64,000 bases of DNA, taken from positions 5,152,001 to 5,216,000 of the forward strand of contig OY759599.1 of NCBI GenBank assembly GCA_963662465.1. Reading direction: 5' to 3'. This document shows positions 40,657-50,731 of the stretch, piece after piece. This DNA comes from Desulfatiglandales bacterium (GTDB lineage Bacteria > Desulfobacterota > DSM-4660 > Desulfatiglandales > Desulfatiglandaceae). The notes under the pieces are model-generated. The model did no database searches. It was not told the DNA's origin and saw only the letters and a program-made list of their open reading frames with translations. The first letter of the stretch is position 1. Every line of letters starts with the position of its first letter. The position numbers were made by a program, and so were the translations under genes.

Positions 40657-40865
40657 GACATGTGTTTGGTGAACACAAGTGAGCGCTGTTTGATAAACGA
40701 ATAACATTTTTAAGTATCGTCCGGCTCCAAAATAAGGGAAGCAGTTGATGATGCTTAAAACAGGCTTCTCGGGTGTGCGTGCATCTATTCTTCCGCAATC
40801 TTGAACCGCTTAGGAGGAGAGATTAATTTGGAAGAAAACAACGGCATCTTGGGAAGCCTTTTTTT
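40657..40865 (+). ncRNA. Candidate structured sRNA
   Basis: Three consecutive stem-loops after the sigma-54 site, ending in a T7 run; G-U pairs work only on the + strand. Confidence 0.55.
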
Positions 40866-41013
40866 ATCATGAAAATACAGCCGTTAGCGATTAGCTGTTA
40901 GCTTGAAAGTTGTAGATGTTTATTTTCATGTCTGGGGGTGAATGCCAACGTGATTCATGGGCGTTTATCCATAACTCCCTAAGACGCCAAAAAATAATAC
41001 TGAAAACAGACCA

Positions 41014-41742
41014 ATGCCATCCTATCGAGAGCGCACCTACAGACAGAGCGTCCATGCCAAAGACCTGAAATCCTTTCAAGTGGCGGTTGATGAAACCGAT
41101 CTTTGGATTTGCGCGGAATCAGACCTTAAAAAGGAAGCCCATGATCTGGTTTTCATGTTCAGACACCAACTCAAAGCCTATATTGAATTCCATCCCGAAT
41201 TCCTGACATCCCTCCTGCCCTTGGACGATGATCCCTATGCGCCCCCCATTGTCAGGGATATGATCTGGTCCACGAAAAAAGCCAACGTGGGTCCCATGGC
41301 CGCGGTGGCAGGCGCCATGGCGCAACAGGTGGGGGAAGGGCTCCTCAATCGCAGCGATCAAATCATTATTGAAAACGGGGGGGATATTTTTCTGACGGCC
41401 GAACGGCCGCTCACCGTTTCCATTTTTGCGGGCGCTTCACCATTGAGCGAAAAGTTTGGCCTGTGCATTCCCACAAGACAGATGCCCCTTGGCATCTGTT
41501 CCTCTTCGGCAACCGTGGGTCACTCCTTGAGCAAGGGAATTACCGACGTGGTCTGTCTTCTGGCCCGGTCAAGCGCCTTAGCTGACGCCGCAGCCACGGC
41601 CCTGGGAAACCGGGTCAAGAACAAATCAGACCTTGAACATGTGGCTCATTGGGCAGACGAGATCGGCGGAATTCTGGGAGGCGCGGTAATCGTAAAAGAC
41701 CGCATGGCCACATGGGGAGATATCGAACTGGTAGAGATATAA
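41014..41742 (+). CDS. UPF0280 (ApbE-like) protein
   Basis: YRERTYR, ETDL, VGPMAAVAG, ENGGDI, GHSLS, LADAAAT. Confidence 0.9.
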   Translation: MPSYRERTYRQSVHAKDLKSFQVAVDETDLWICAESDLKKEAHDLVFMFRHQLKAYIEFHPEFLTSLLPLDDDPYAPPIVRDMIWSTKKANVGPMAAVAGAMAQQVGEGLLNRSDQIIIENGGDIFLTAERPLTVSIFAGASPLSEKFGLCIPTRQMPLGICSSSATVGHSLSKGITDVVCLLARSSALADAAATALGNRVKNKSDLEHVAHWADEIGGILGGAVIVKDRMATWGDIELVEI

Positions 41743-41747
41743 AGGCA

Positions 41748-42236
41748 TCACAGATCGTAAAGCGTTTCATCAACCCTTGGCGGCCGCTTTTTCAGACCCT
41801 TGGCGGATTTTTTTCCAAAGGCAAAGGGGTCTTCCCCTTCCAGGAGATCCCCCATTTCAGATTCTATGGCCTCCGGATCCTCGCCCCTTTCCATACGACT
41901 CAGGGCCTCCTCCATGCCATCCCCTAGATTAAGCCCGGTCATATCCGTCAGCTTGCGCATGAGCTTGGCAGCTTGTCTCGGATCATTTTCATCCAAATGC
42001 TCCGATTCCGCCGCCAGCACATTCATGGCCTGTTCCATCTTGCTTTCGTCCAGGTCCGGGAAAGACGAATCCTCTTCTTCGCCCCGATTGCGCGGGGTCG
42101 CAAAGACCGACGGATGTCGTTCCAGTTCAACCTTCCCGCACTCTGGGCACGACGGTCTTTTTTCCGTGTTGATGGTCTTGGAGAGAAAGTTGAACAGGGT
42201 ATGACATTCGGAACAATAGAATTCATATATGGGCAT
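41748..42236 (-). CDS. FmdB-family zinc-ribbon protein
   Basis: MPIYEFYCSEC...CPECG. Confidence 0.88.
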   Translation of the reverse strand: MPIYEFYCSECHTLFNFLSKTINTEKRPSCPECGKVELERHPSVFATPRNRGEEEDSSFPDLDESKMEQAMNVLAAESEHLDENDPRQAAKLMRKLTDMTGLNLGDGMEEALSRMERGEDPEAIESEMGDLLEGEDPFAFGKKSAKGLKKRPPRVDETLYDL

Positions 42237-42399
42237 TGTTTTTACCTTTCTATTTTTAAGTTTTACAAAAACATCTTTTCCGCATCAATGACGTACCCCC
42301 TGGTTCAGATAAATCTTGTCTTTTTTTCGCAGGTTGGTATACTCCCTACTGATTTTTACCGTTAGGGGCTATGCGGTCTCGGTTTTTTGGAGTGAAGGC

Positions 42400-42876
42400 A
42401 TGAAAATTGGCGTACTTTCGGATACCCATCTTTATCAGGTGACCCGAGAACTTTCCGACATATACCGTACTTATCTGTCCGATGTCGACATGATTTTTCA
42501 TGCCGGAGACATTGTTTCTCCTGATATTGTCGCGTTTTTCGAAAAGACTGTTTTTCACGGCGTTCAAGGAAATATGGATCCCCTGGAAATAAAAGCGCTG
42601 CTCCCCGACAAAAAAGTTGTGACCGTGGGACGGCATAGGCTTGGCATTATCCACGGTTGGGGGGCCGCTGATGGCCTGGAAGACCGAATCTTTCCGCTCT
42701 TTCCAAATGTGGATGTGATCGTTTATGGACATTCCCATGTGCCTGCCAATCATGTCCGGGATGGGGTCTTATTTTTTAATCCCGGTACGGCCACGGGATA
42801 CAGCGCTTCCGGCCTACACAGCATCGGCATCCTGGAGGTGGGGGAGTCGGTTCAGGGACGGATTATTCCGATTTAG
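42400..42876 (+). CDS. YfcE/MJ0936-type metallophosphoesterase
   Basis: SDTH, HAGD, GNMD, GHSH, NPG. Confidence 0.92.
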   Translation: MKIGVLSDTHLYQVTRELSDIYRTYLSDVDMIFHAGDIVSPDIVAFFEKTVFHGVQGNMDPLEIKALLPDKKVVTVGRHRLGIIHGWGAADGLEDRIFPLFPNVDVIVYGHSHVPANHVRDGVLFFNPGTATGYSASGLHSIGILEVGESVQGRIIPI

Positions 42877-42961
42877 TGGATGGTTTTTTCGTCCTTTTTT
42901 TCATTAACTTAGTCTTTTACATAATCTTTTAGAAATAGGTCTCTGAATGCGGAGGTGGGGC

Positions 42962-43327
42962 ATGAAACAAATCAAGGCGCTTTTGATCATTCTTTTTTTG
43001 CTGCTGGTTGTGGTTTTGTCGGTTCAAAACTATGCGGCTTTAACAACCAAAATCAATTTTAAAGCGAACCTTCTCTTTTTGAATTATGAAACAGCGGGAT
43101 TGTCCGTATTTTTGATTGCGGTGCTGACTTTTCTGGTGGGGGTAGTGCTTACCTGGCTTTTCGGAGTCTCGGAACGCATCGCCTTCAAACGGCAAATCAA
43201 AGCCCTTATAAAGGATGTGAAGAGCAATGAGATGGAGTTGAATTCCCTTCGGAACTTGCCGGTTACAACGGAGGTTATGAATTCAGACGATGATATGAAC
43301 CCCGCTTTCCCTCCCGTCAACACATGA
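42962..43327 (+). CDS. lapA: LapA-family membrane protein
   Basis: Two TM helices with VQN motif and coiled-coil tail ELNSLRNLP; precedes lapB. Confidence 0.75.
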   Translation: MKQIKALLIILFLLLVVVLSVQNYAALTTKINFKANLLFLNYETAGLSVFLIAVLTFLVGVVLTWLFGVSERIAFKRQIKALIKDVKSNEMELNSLRNLPVTTEVMNSDDDMNPAFPPVNT

Positions 43328-43355
43328 TCATGCAGTCTCTTTGAAAGAGATTCCC

Positions 43356-44579
43356 ATGCTGGAATCAACCTGGCAATGGTTTTTTGGCGGTGGAAGCCAA
43401 CAGATCCTTCTGACCGCCATTGTTTTCCTTTTAATCGGACTCTTTCTGGGGTCGCGTATTCGATCGCCCACGGAAAACAAGCAACCACAGGCAACAAACA
43501 GAGGGGACAGCTCTTTTTTTAAAGGGGTGCAATACCTTCTTTCCAATGACCATGACCAGGCCATCGAGGAATTTACAAAATCCGTTCAAGTGAATTCGAA
43601 TACCATCGAAACCTATGTCACCTTAGGGAATCTTTATCGATCAAAAGGCGATATCGATCGTGCCATCAGAATCCGGCAAAATATCATTTTACGTCCCAAT
43701 ATTGATGAACAAAGCAAAATCGGGGCGCTTTTCGATCTGGGCAAAGACTATCAAAAAGGCGGTTTCTTGAATCGTGCCCTGAAGACATTTCTTCAGGTCT
43801 CCACCAAAAATCCCGGCGACGTACGAACCCTCAAAGAAATTGAACGGATCTATGAAGGTCTGAAAGACTGGGAAAACGCTTATGCTACCCGGCAAAAAAT
43901 CGCCAGGCTTGAAAAAGGCCGTCACGACCATATCCTGGCGCATCATTTGGTGGAAGCGGGGAAAGTTTATCAGGAAAAGGATGATGTCGGCAAAGCCAGA
44001 ACCCTTTTCACCAAAGCGATCTCTATTCAAAAAGAGTGTGTTGACGCTTACCTGCACCTGGGAGATCTCTACCTGAAAAAGCAAGAATACAAAAAAGCCA
44101 TTGCCGCATGGAAAAAAGTGGCCGAAGTCATGCCCCAGTTTACATTCCTGGCCTATGGCCGCCTGGAAGGGGCCTACACGAAGATGAAAAACCTGGAACC
44201 GGTGGAAGTTTTCCTGAAAGAATGCGTTCGGTCCAATCCGGATGCTTTTACCCATATGGCATTGGCCCGGTATTTATACAACAGGGATGACATGGCGGGC
44301 GCCTTAAAGGAGATTACCAATGCTCTTTCATTGAACCCCGGCTTTTGGGAGGCAAGACGATTCAGAGGGCAGATGCTTTTAACCAAGGGCGCCGTTGAGG
44401 ATGTCCTGGCAGACTACGGCGAAATTATAGAAGGCCTGAACGTGCCCTATCTCAGGTTCAGATGCGTTCAGTGCGGTTTTGAGCCAAGCGAACTCCTGTG
44501 GCAATGTCCCCAGTGCAACCGATGGGATACGATTGGGCTAATCAATGATACGGAGCCCCCTGTTGATTCGATTTGTTGA
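43356..44579 (+). CDS. lapB: LPS assembly protein B (TPR + rubredoxin)
   Basis: TM helix, LGNLYRSKGDIDRAIRIRQ, TPRs, CVQCG...WQCPQCNRW. Confidence 0.88.
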   Translation: MLESTWQWFFGGGSQQILLTAIVFLLIGLFLGSRIRSPTENKQPQATNRGDSSFFKGVQYLLSNDHDQAIEEFTKSVQVNSNTIETYVTLGNLYRSKGDIDRAIRIRQNIILRPNIDEQSKIGALFDLGKDYQKGGFLNRALKTFLQVSTKNPGDVRTLKEIERIYEGLKDWENAYATRQKIARLEKGRHDHILAHHLVEAGKVYQEKDDVGKARTLFTKAISIQKECVDAYLHLGDLYLKKQEYKKAIAAWKKVAEVMPQFTFLAYGRLEGAYTKMKNLEPVEVFLKECVRSNPDAFTHMALARYLYNRDDMAGALKEITNALSLNPGFWEARRFRGQMLLTKGAVEDVLADYGEIIEGLNVPYLRFRCVQCGFEPSELLWQCPQCNRWDTIGLINDTEPPVDSIC

Positions 44580-44612
44580 TTAGCGCTCTTTTAAGTTTTA
44601 GGTTTATATTAA

Positions 44613-47234
44613 ATGACCCAACTGACCCCCATGCTGAGACAATTTATGGGCATCAAGGATGCGTTTCCCGATGCCATTTTATTTTTTCGCATGGGTGATT
44701 TTTATGAAATGTTTTTTGAAGATGCGAAGATTGCATCAAAAATTCTAGGCATTACGCTGACTTCCCGCGGAACTTTCAACGGAAATAAGGTTCCCATGTG
44801 CGGCATCCCCCACCACGCCTATCAGTCCTATATCGGCAAACTCGTTGACAGCGGCTGGAAGGTGGCGGTCTGCGAACAGGTGGAAGACCCGAAAGCCGCC
44901 AAGGGAATTGTCAAAAGAGAAGTGGTCCGGGTGGTCACCCCCGGGTCACTGGTGGATGAAAAAGAGTTCGACCGGAAAACAAACCTCTATATGGCGGCCG
45001 TTTGGGGGGGAGAAGACGTCTATGGCCTGGCCCATGCGGACCTCTCCACGGGTGAATTTCGACTGACTGAAATGAATTCCATCGAGGCCCTGTTGGACGA
45101 ACTGGGGAGAATTGACCCGGCTGAATTATTGCTCTCAAAACTTGACCGCAGAACCCGGCAAGCGGATCTTTCCCGGTACCGCCTGGAAATACTGGCCGGA
45201 GAGACCTTTGATCCCCTTAAAGCGGATGCCCTGCTGAAGGAGCAGCTTGCGGTGGGATCTCTGATCGGTTTTGGGTGCGAGGGCATGGACAGCGGCGTCA
45301 TTGCGGCGGGGGCACTGGTGGCCTATCTCAGAGAAACCCAAAAAGGGTTCCCCCCCCATATCAAAGAGATCATCACCTACCATATGGGTGAATTCATGGT
45401 ATTGGACGTATCCACCTGCACCCATCTGGAGCTGCTGAAAACCATTCGGGGACAATCCGCCAAGGGATCATTGTTTCAAATTCTGGATCAATCGGTCACG
45501 CCCATGGGCAGCCGCCTGCTAAAGAACTGGATCGCCTATCCTCTGGTTCATATGGACCCTATTCGACAACGACTGGCCGGGGTTGCCTGGTTGAAGGATG
45601 ACCCCGCCTTGAGGCAAGTGGTTCGAAGCGAATTGGGAGAGATCTATGATATGGCCCGATTGAACGGCAGAATTGCCATGAAAAGGGCCAATGCCAGAGA
45701 CCTGTTGGCGCTGATGTCCTCCATTCTGAGGCTCCCTGCCGTAAAAGCCGCGCTGACGGGGTCTTCAAGCATTCTTCTCTCAGAACTGGCTTCGAAATTG
45801 GACACACTCGATGATGTGGCAAGTCTGATCCGGGAGGCCATCCATGAAGATCCCCCGGTTTCCATCAAAGATGGCGGCATTATTCGGGAGGGGTACAGCG
45901 ACGCATTGGATAAATTGGTTGCGCTAAGCCGGGATGGAAAAAGCTGGATTGCCGGTTTTGCCGCATCTGAAAAGGCGCGAACCGGAATCAGCAGCCTGAA
46001 GGTGGGGTTCAACAAGGTATTTGGCTATTACATGGAAATCTCAAAAGCCAACTTGCACCTGGCGCCCTCGGATTATATTCGAAAACAAACCCTGGTAAAC
46101 GGGGAGCGCTATATTACGGAAGATTTGAAACGCAAAGAAGGTGAAGTCTTGGGCGCCGAGGAAAAACGGGTCGCTCTGGAGCAGGATATTTTTGAAGCGG
46201 TTCGAACCCAAATCAGTTTTGAGAACCAACGCATCCGGGAAACAACCGATGTTATCGCTCAAATCGACGCCCTGGCCGGTCTTGCCGAAACGGCGGAACG
46301 AAACCATTATACGTGCCCCGAAATCAATGATAGCGCCGACCTGGACATTGTTCAAGGGCGACATCCGGTGGTTGAACAGACCGTCAAGGGTGAGGATTTT
46401 GTCCCCAACGACATCCATCTGGACGCTCAAAAACAGCAGGTCATGATTCTCACGGGACCCAATATGGCCGGGAAATCCACCATTTTGCGGCAAACGGCGC
46501 TGACGGTGCTCATGGCCCAGATGGGCGGTTTTGTGCCCGCTGAAAAGGCGGTCATCGGCATCGTGGACCGCATATTCACCAGGGTTGGCGCCTCCGACGA
46601 CCTGGCCGGGGGCCGAAGCACTTTCATGGTGGAAATGAACGAAACCGCCAATATCCTAAGACATTCATCGCCCAGGAGCCTGGTGGTTCTGGATGAAATC
46701 GGTCGTGGAACCAGCACTTACGATGGATTGAGCATTGCCTGGGCCGTGGCGGAGGCCCTTCATGACAGGGCCGGCAAAGGGGTGCGAACGCTTTTTGCCA
46801 CCCACTACCATGAACTGACGGAACTCGTGACCACCAAACACAGGGTGAAGAACTTCAACATCGCGGTTCGGGAATGGAATGACAATATCTTTTTTTTGCG
46901 AAAGCTGGCGCCGGGCGGAACCAGTCGAAGTTACGGCATCCAAGTGGCCCGAATTGCCGGCCTTCCGGAGGAAGTGATCAAACGGGCCATGGAAATACTT
47001 AAAAATCTGGAAGGGGGTGAAATGGATGAAACGGGCAAGCCGCGTTTGGCGCACACGGTTGGAAAAAAAGAGAACCTAACTAAAGAAAAGAGAATGGTGC
47101 AGTTGGACCTTTTCGGATCTCGCGACCGGAAGTTAAGAAAATGGATTAAAGATCTGAACATAGACGTCATGACCCCGGTGGACGCTTTAATGGCGTTGAA
47201 CAACCTGAAAAAACGGTTATCCTCGGACCCATGA
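44613..47234 (+). CDS. mutS: DNA mismatch repair protein
   Basis: GDFYE, GPNMAGKST, STFMVEM, DEIGRGT, SYGIQVA. Confidence 0.98.
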   Translation: MTQLTPMLRQFMGIKDAFPDAILFFRMGDFYEMFFEDAKIASKILGITLTSRGTFNGNKVPMCGIPHHAYQSYIGKLVDSGWKVAVCEQVEDPKAAKGIVKREVVRVVTPGSLVDEKEFDRKTNLYMAAVWGGEDVYGLAHADLSTGEFRLTEMNSIEALLDELGRIDPAELLLSKLDRRTRQADLSRYRLEILAGETFDPLKADALLKEQLAVGSLIGFGCEGMDSGVIAAGALVAYLRETQKGFPPHIKEIITYHMGEFMVLDVSTCTHLELLKTIRGQSAKGSLFQILDQSVTPMGSRLLKNWIAYPLVHMDPIRQRLAGVAWLKDDPALRQVVRSELGEIYDMARLNGRIAMKRANARDLLALMSSILRLPAVKAALTGSSSILLSELASKLDTLDDVASLIREAIHEDPPVSIKDGGIIREGYSDALDKLVALSRDGKSWIAGFAASEKARTGISSLKVGFNKVFGYYMEISKANLHLAPSDYIRKQTLVNGERYITEDLKRKEGEVLGAEEKRVALEQDIFEAVRTQISFENQRIRETTDVIAQIDALAGLAETAERNHYTCPEINDSADLDIVQGRHPVVEQTVKGEDFVPNDIHLDAQKQQVMILTGPNMAGKSTILRQTALTVLMAQMGGFVPAEKAVIGIVDRIFTRVGASDDLAGGRSTFMVEMNETANILRHSSPRSLVVLDEIGRGTSTYDGLSIAWAVAEALHDRAGKGVRTLFATHYHELTELVTTKHRVKNFNIAVREWNDNIFFLRKLAPGGTSRSYGIQVARIAGLPEEVIKRAMEILKNLEGGEMDETGKPRLAHTVGKKENLTKEKRMVQLDLFGSRDRKLRKWIKDLNIDVMTPVDALMALNNLKKRLSSDP

Positions 47235-48976
47235 AACAGAGACCCCTCTATTTTATTATCGCATGCCTTGTGGTCGCCTTTTTGATCGCCCCGCTGCATG
47301 GGGCAAAGGCCGAAAGCAACGCGAAAATTCTGCTTCAAAAGGCGGATCGTTCAAGAAAAGACCTTTACGGTTCATCTAAGAAAAAGCGTTATCGTCACAA
47401 CTGGATTAAATGCGCGGACCGGTACCGAAAGATCTACAGTTCTTATCCGAAAAACGATGAGGCCGCCTGGGCCCTTTATCGCGCAGCCGATCTCTACGCC
47501 AAACTCCATAAATACTCCCATGAATCCAAAGATTTGGATGCAGCCCTAACCCTTTACCGAAAGCTGGCGACGCAGCACAAAAAACATTTCCTGGCCGATG
47601 ATGCCCAATACAAAATCGGCGAGATCTATTACAAAATAAAAAAAAATCCTTCCCAGGCCTATGTGGAATTCCTGAAGGTGGATGTCAGATTTCCCAAAGG
47701 AGACATGCGTCCTAAAGCCAAAAAGAGGCTCGACCAGCTGGCGATAACTCTGAACAAAAAAATAAAACGGGAGAACGGGGACCCGGGATCGATTTCAGAA
47801 AACGGACGGGCCATGGTTAAGGATATTCGTTACTGGTCAACCCCTAATTACACCCGCGTGGTGATTGACGTGAAATCGCCGGTTAAATACGAACACCATC
47901 TTTTGGCGCCCGATCCCGACCGGAAAAAGCCGCGCAGGCTGTACCTGGACCTTCAAAATGCCCGTGTCGGCAAGCGTATCGACAGCGTGGTACCCATTAA
48001 GGATGACCTGCTTCAAAAAGCCAGGGCCGGACAATACACGGAAAATACGGTGCGGGTGGTTCTGGATATGGAGAAACTGGGAGGATACAATGTATTTCAC
48101 CTCTATGATCCGTTTCGTATCGTGGTGGATGTGCGCGGATTTGAAAAAGAGAAAACCAAACCCCAATCCGAGGGTCGGGGCGAAAAATCTTTCGCCCCGA
48201 CAGCAAAAAAACGGAAAATAAGGCGCGGCATTCGAAAAGCCGGGGAACCGGATCAAACCATTTCCCTGGCCCGGCAGCTCGGGTTGAATGTGAACCGAAT
48301 CGTCATTGATCCGGGCCATGGCGGCAAAGACCCGGGTTGCAAATCTCACGGAAAATACCTGGAAAAAGATATTACCCTGGCGCTTGCAAAACGGTTGGCA
48401 ATCAGACTGAAAAAAGAAATCGGCTGTGAAGTTGTTCTCACACGGGACAAAGACGTTTTTCTCTCCCTGGAACAAAGAACCGCCATCGCCAATATGAGAA
48501 AAGCGGATCTTTTTATTTCACTGCATGTCAATGCCCATAAGGACAACCGAATTCATGGGCTGGAAACCTATTTTTTAAACATGGCCACGGATCAGCAAGC
48601 CGTAATGGTGGCGGCACGGGAAAATGCCACCTCGGAAAAAAGCATCAGCGACCTTCAAACCATCCTGAACGATCTGATGCTCAATACTAAAATCCGTGAA
48701 TCCAGCAGGCTGGCCCATCAGGTTCAAAACGGCATGGTGGGAAACGCCGAGAAACGGTACAAAAAGATTAAAAGCCTTGGCGTCAAGCAAGCCCCTTTTT
48801 ACGTTCTCATTGGCGCTCAGATGCCGGCAGTTCTGGTGGAAATAGGCTTTTTGAGCAACCGCTCTGAAAGAAAAAGGCTGTTGAGCAAAACATACCAGGA
48901 ACGGCTGGCCGTCGGCATCTGCGACGGCATAAAATTGTACATCGAAAGTATCGATCAGAGCTATCAGGAAGGATAA
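47231..48976 (+). CDS. N-acetylmuramoyl-L-alanine amidase (TPR + AMIN + Amidase_3)
   Basis: TRVVID / VRVVLD / PFRIVVD AMIN; IDPGHGGKDPG, SLHVNA, VLVEIGF. Confidence 0.93.
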   Translation: MKQRPLYFIIACLVVAFLIAPLHGAKAESNAKILLQKADRSRKDLYGSSKKKRYRHNWIKCADRYRKIYSSYPKNDEAAWALYRAADLYAKLHKYSHESKDLDAALTLYRKLATQHKKHFLADDAQYKIGEIYYKIKKNPSQAYVEFLKVDVRFPKGDMRPKAKKRLDQLAITLNKKIKRENGDPGSISENGRAMVKDIRYWSTPNYTRVVIDVKSPVKYEHHLLAPDPDRKKPRRLYLDLQNARVGKRIDSVVPIKDDLLQKARAGQYTENTVRVVLDMEKLGGYNVFHLYDPFRIVVDVRGFEKEKTKPQSEGRGEKSFAPTAKKRKIRRGIRKAGEPDQTISLARQLGLNVNRIVIDPGHGGKDPGCKSHGKYLEKDITLALAKRLAIRLKKEIGCEVVLTRDKDVFLSLEQRTAIANMRKADLFISLHVNAHKDNRIHGLETYFLNMATDQQAVMVAARENATSEKSISDLQTILNDLMLNTKIRESSRLAHQVQNGMVGNAEKRYKKIKSLGVKQAPFYVLIGAQMPAVLVEIGFLSNRSERKRLLSKTYQERLAVGICDGIKLYIESIDQSYQEG

Positions 48977-48979
48977 GGA

Positions 48980-50075
48980 CTATTTCATCTTTAAATAGGC
49001 ATCAATGAAACCATCAATGCCCCCATCCATCACTTTTTCCACATTGCCGTCATCCACCTGGGTGCGATGGTCCTTCACCATCCGGTAAGGATTGAAAACA
49101 TAGGAACGAATCTGGCTTCCCCATGCAATATCTTTCTGGGTTTGATGCATTTCCTGCTTTTTCTGGTCCAGTTTATTTTTTTCCAGATCGTAGAGCTTCG
49201 ATTTCAGCACTTTCATGGCCATATCTTTGTTGCGATGTTGCGACTTTTCATTCTGACACTGAACCACAATTTTAGTGGGCAGGTGCGTAATTCTGATGGC
49301 GGAACTGGTCTTATTGACATGTTGCCCCCCGGGACCGCTCGCCCGAAAGGTGTCAATTCTCAAATCATTGTCGTCCACTTCGATGTTGATATCCTGATCT
49401 ACCTCCGGAAGCACTGAAACGGAGGCAAAGGAGGTATGTCTTCGACCCGTTGCGTCAAAGGGCGAAATTCGGACCATGCGGTGAATACCATGCTCGGATT
49501 TCATATACCCATAGGCATAAGGCCCCGTGACCGTAAAATCCACATTCTTGACGCCTGCTTCATCGCCCGCCAGATAATCGATAACCTGGACTTTCATCCC
49601 CTTTCCCTCAGCCCACCGGACATACATCCTGAAGAGCATTTCCACCCAATCCTGGGCTTCGGTCCCTCCGGCGCCCGCATTAATGGCGACAATGGCATTC
49701 CGCTGGTCATCGGGTTTGCCCAGTAGCGATCTGAGTTCCAGGGCCTCAATATGCTTCTGAAGGCTTTTCACTTCCAGGCCGACTTCTTTCAGTGTGGCCT
49801 CATCCTTCTCCTCAATGGCCATTTCCGCCATCAAACCGGCATCTTCGGTTTGCTTGAAAAGATCCTGCCATGATTCAACCTGTTCACTGAGAACCGACCG
49901 TTTCTGGTTCAACCGGGATATCTCATCCTGGTCCCTTTGCCAGAAATCGGCCTTGCTCATGAGATTTTCCAGCTCTTCAAGCTTGAGTTTCTGGTTGTCT
50001 AAGTCAAAGATGACCTCGTAGCGCATTTAACTGTCCCATCACCGTTTCGATCTTTTCCGTAATTTCATCAAACAT
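48980..50075 (-). CDS. prfB: Peptide chain release factor 2 (programmed +1 frameshift)
   Basis: ATG at 50075 after GGAGG; codon 23 CTT-TGA-C (50009-50003) with internal GAGG; SPF and GGQ motifs. Confidence 0.97.
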
Positions 50076-50143
50076 GGTATTCCTCCCGTGTCTGGTTGTT
50101 ATGCTTAAGGGTTATGGACATTTCACTTTGCATCGACGACAAC

Positions 50144-50638
50144 TCATTCCCGAATAGCCCGACCCCGAGAAATGAATGAAATGCCCTGCTGGGTTTTGGT
50201 TCCGATCATAATGCTTTCAATAATGGGCGCATTGACCGCCACATCGGATTTCCATTTCACCATAAAATTGGCGCCCGATCCACCGCTCTTATCCGATTCC
50301 TTGATGATATAACGTATTGTGGCCAGGGAATTGAGATTGACCGGTGTTTCCAGGTACCGTCGCAGGAGTGTCCCCTTTGAATCATAATAGTCCGCAGTGA
50401 GAATGGTAATGACATGTTTCGGATCCGTGTTCCTAACACTGAGCGTCGCTGCCAGGTAAAAGGGGTGTTCACGGTCGCCACTGTAAATATGGGAATAAAC
50501 AGGCGTGTAAACCGTTTGTCCTTTGGAGATGATTATTTCCGAGGCTGCGGTTGCCAAAGTGATTTTAAAAACCAAACAGCCGAAAAAGAGCAGTGCAAAA
50601 GAAAAAGACCTTAAGATTTGATGTCGTTTATTTCTCAT
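50144..50638 (-). CDS. DUF3124 domain protein
   Basis: YTPVYSHIY, TLSVRNTD, GGSGANFMVKW, QGISFIS. Confidence 0.85.
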   Translation of the reverse strand: MRNKRHQILRSFSFALLFFGCLVFKITLATAASEIIISKGQTVYTPVYSHIYSGDREHPFYLAATLSVRNTDPKHVITILTADYYDSKGTLLRRYLETPVNLNSLATIRYIIKESDKSGGSGANFMVKWKSDVAVNAPIIESIMIGTKTQQGISFISRGRAIRE

Positions 50639-50731
50639 TTTCCAGTGTCCCCCAACCGGTTTTATTCTTCTGGATCTATACCACAAAAAGGGAAAAAAAT
50701 CCTGACATTTTCCTTCACTTTTATGTTCCCA

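Noticed and set aside
40812..40872. 14-codon TTG-start ORF after AGGAGG inside the sRNA candidate
   Set aside because: The start is buried in the long stem and the ORF runs through the terminator; not supportable without Ribo-seq.
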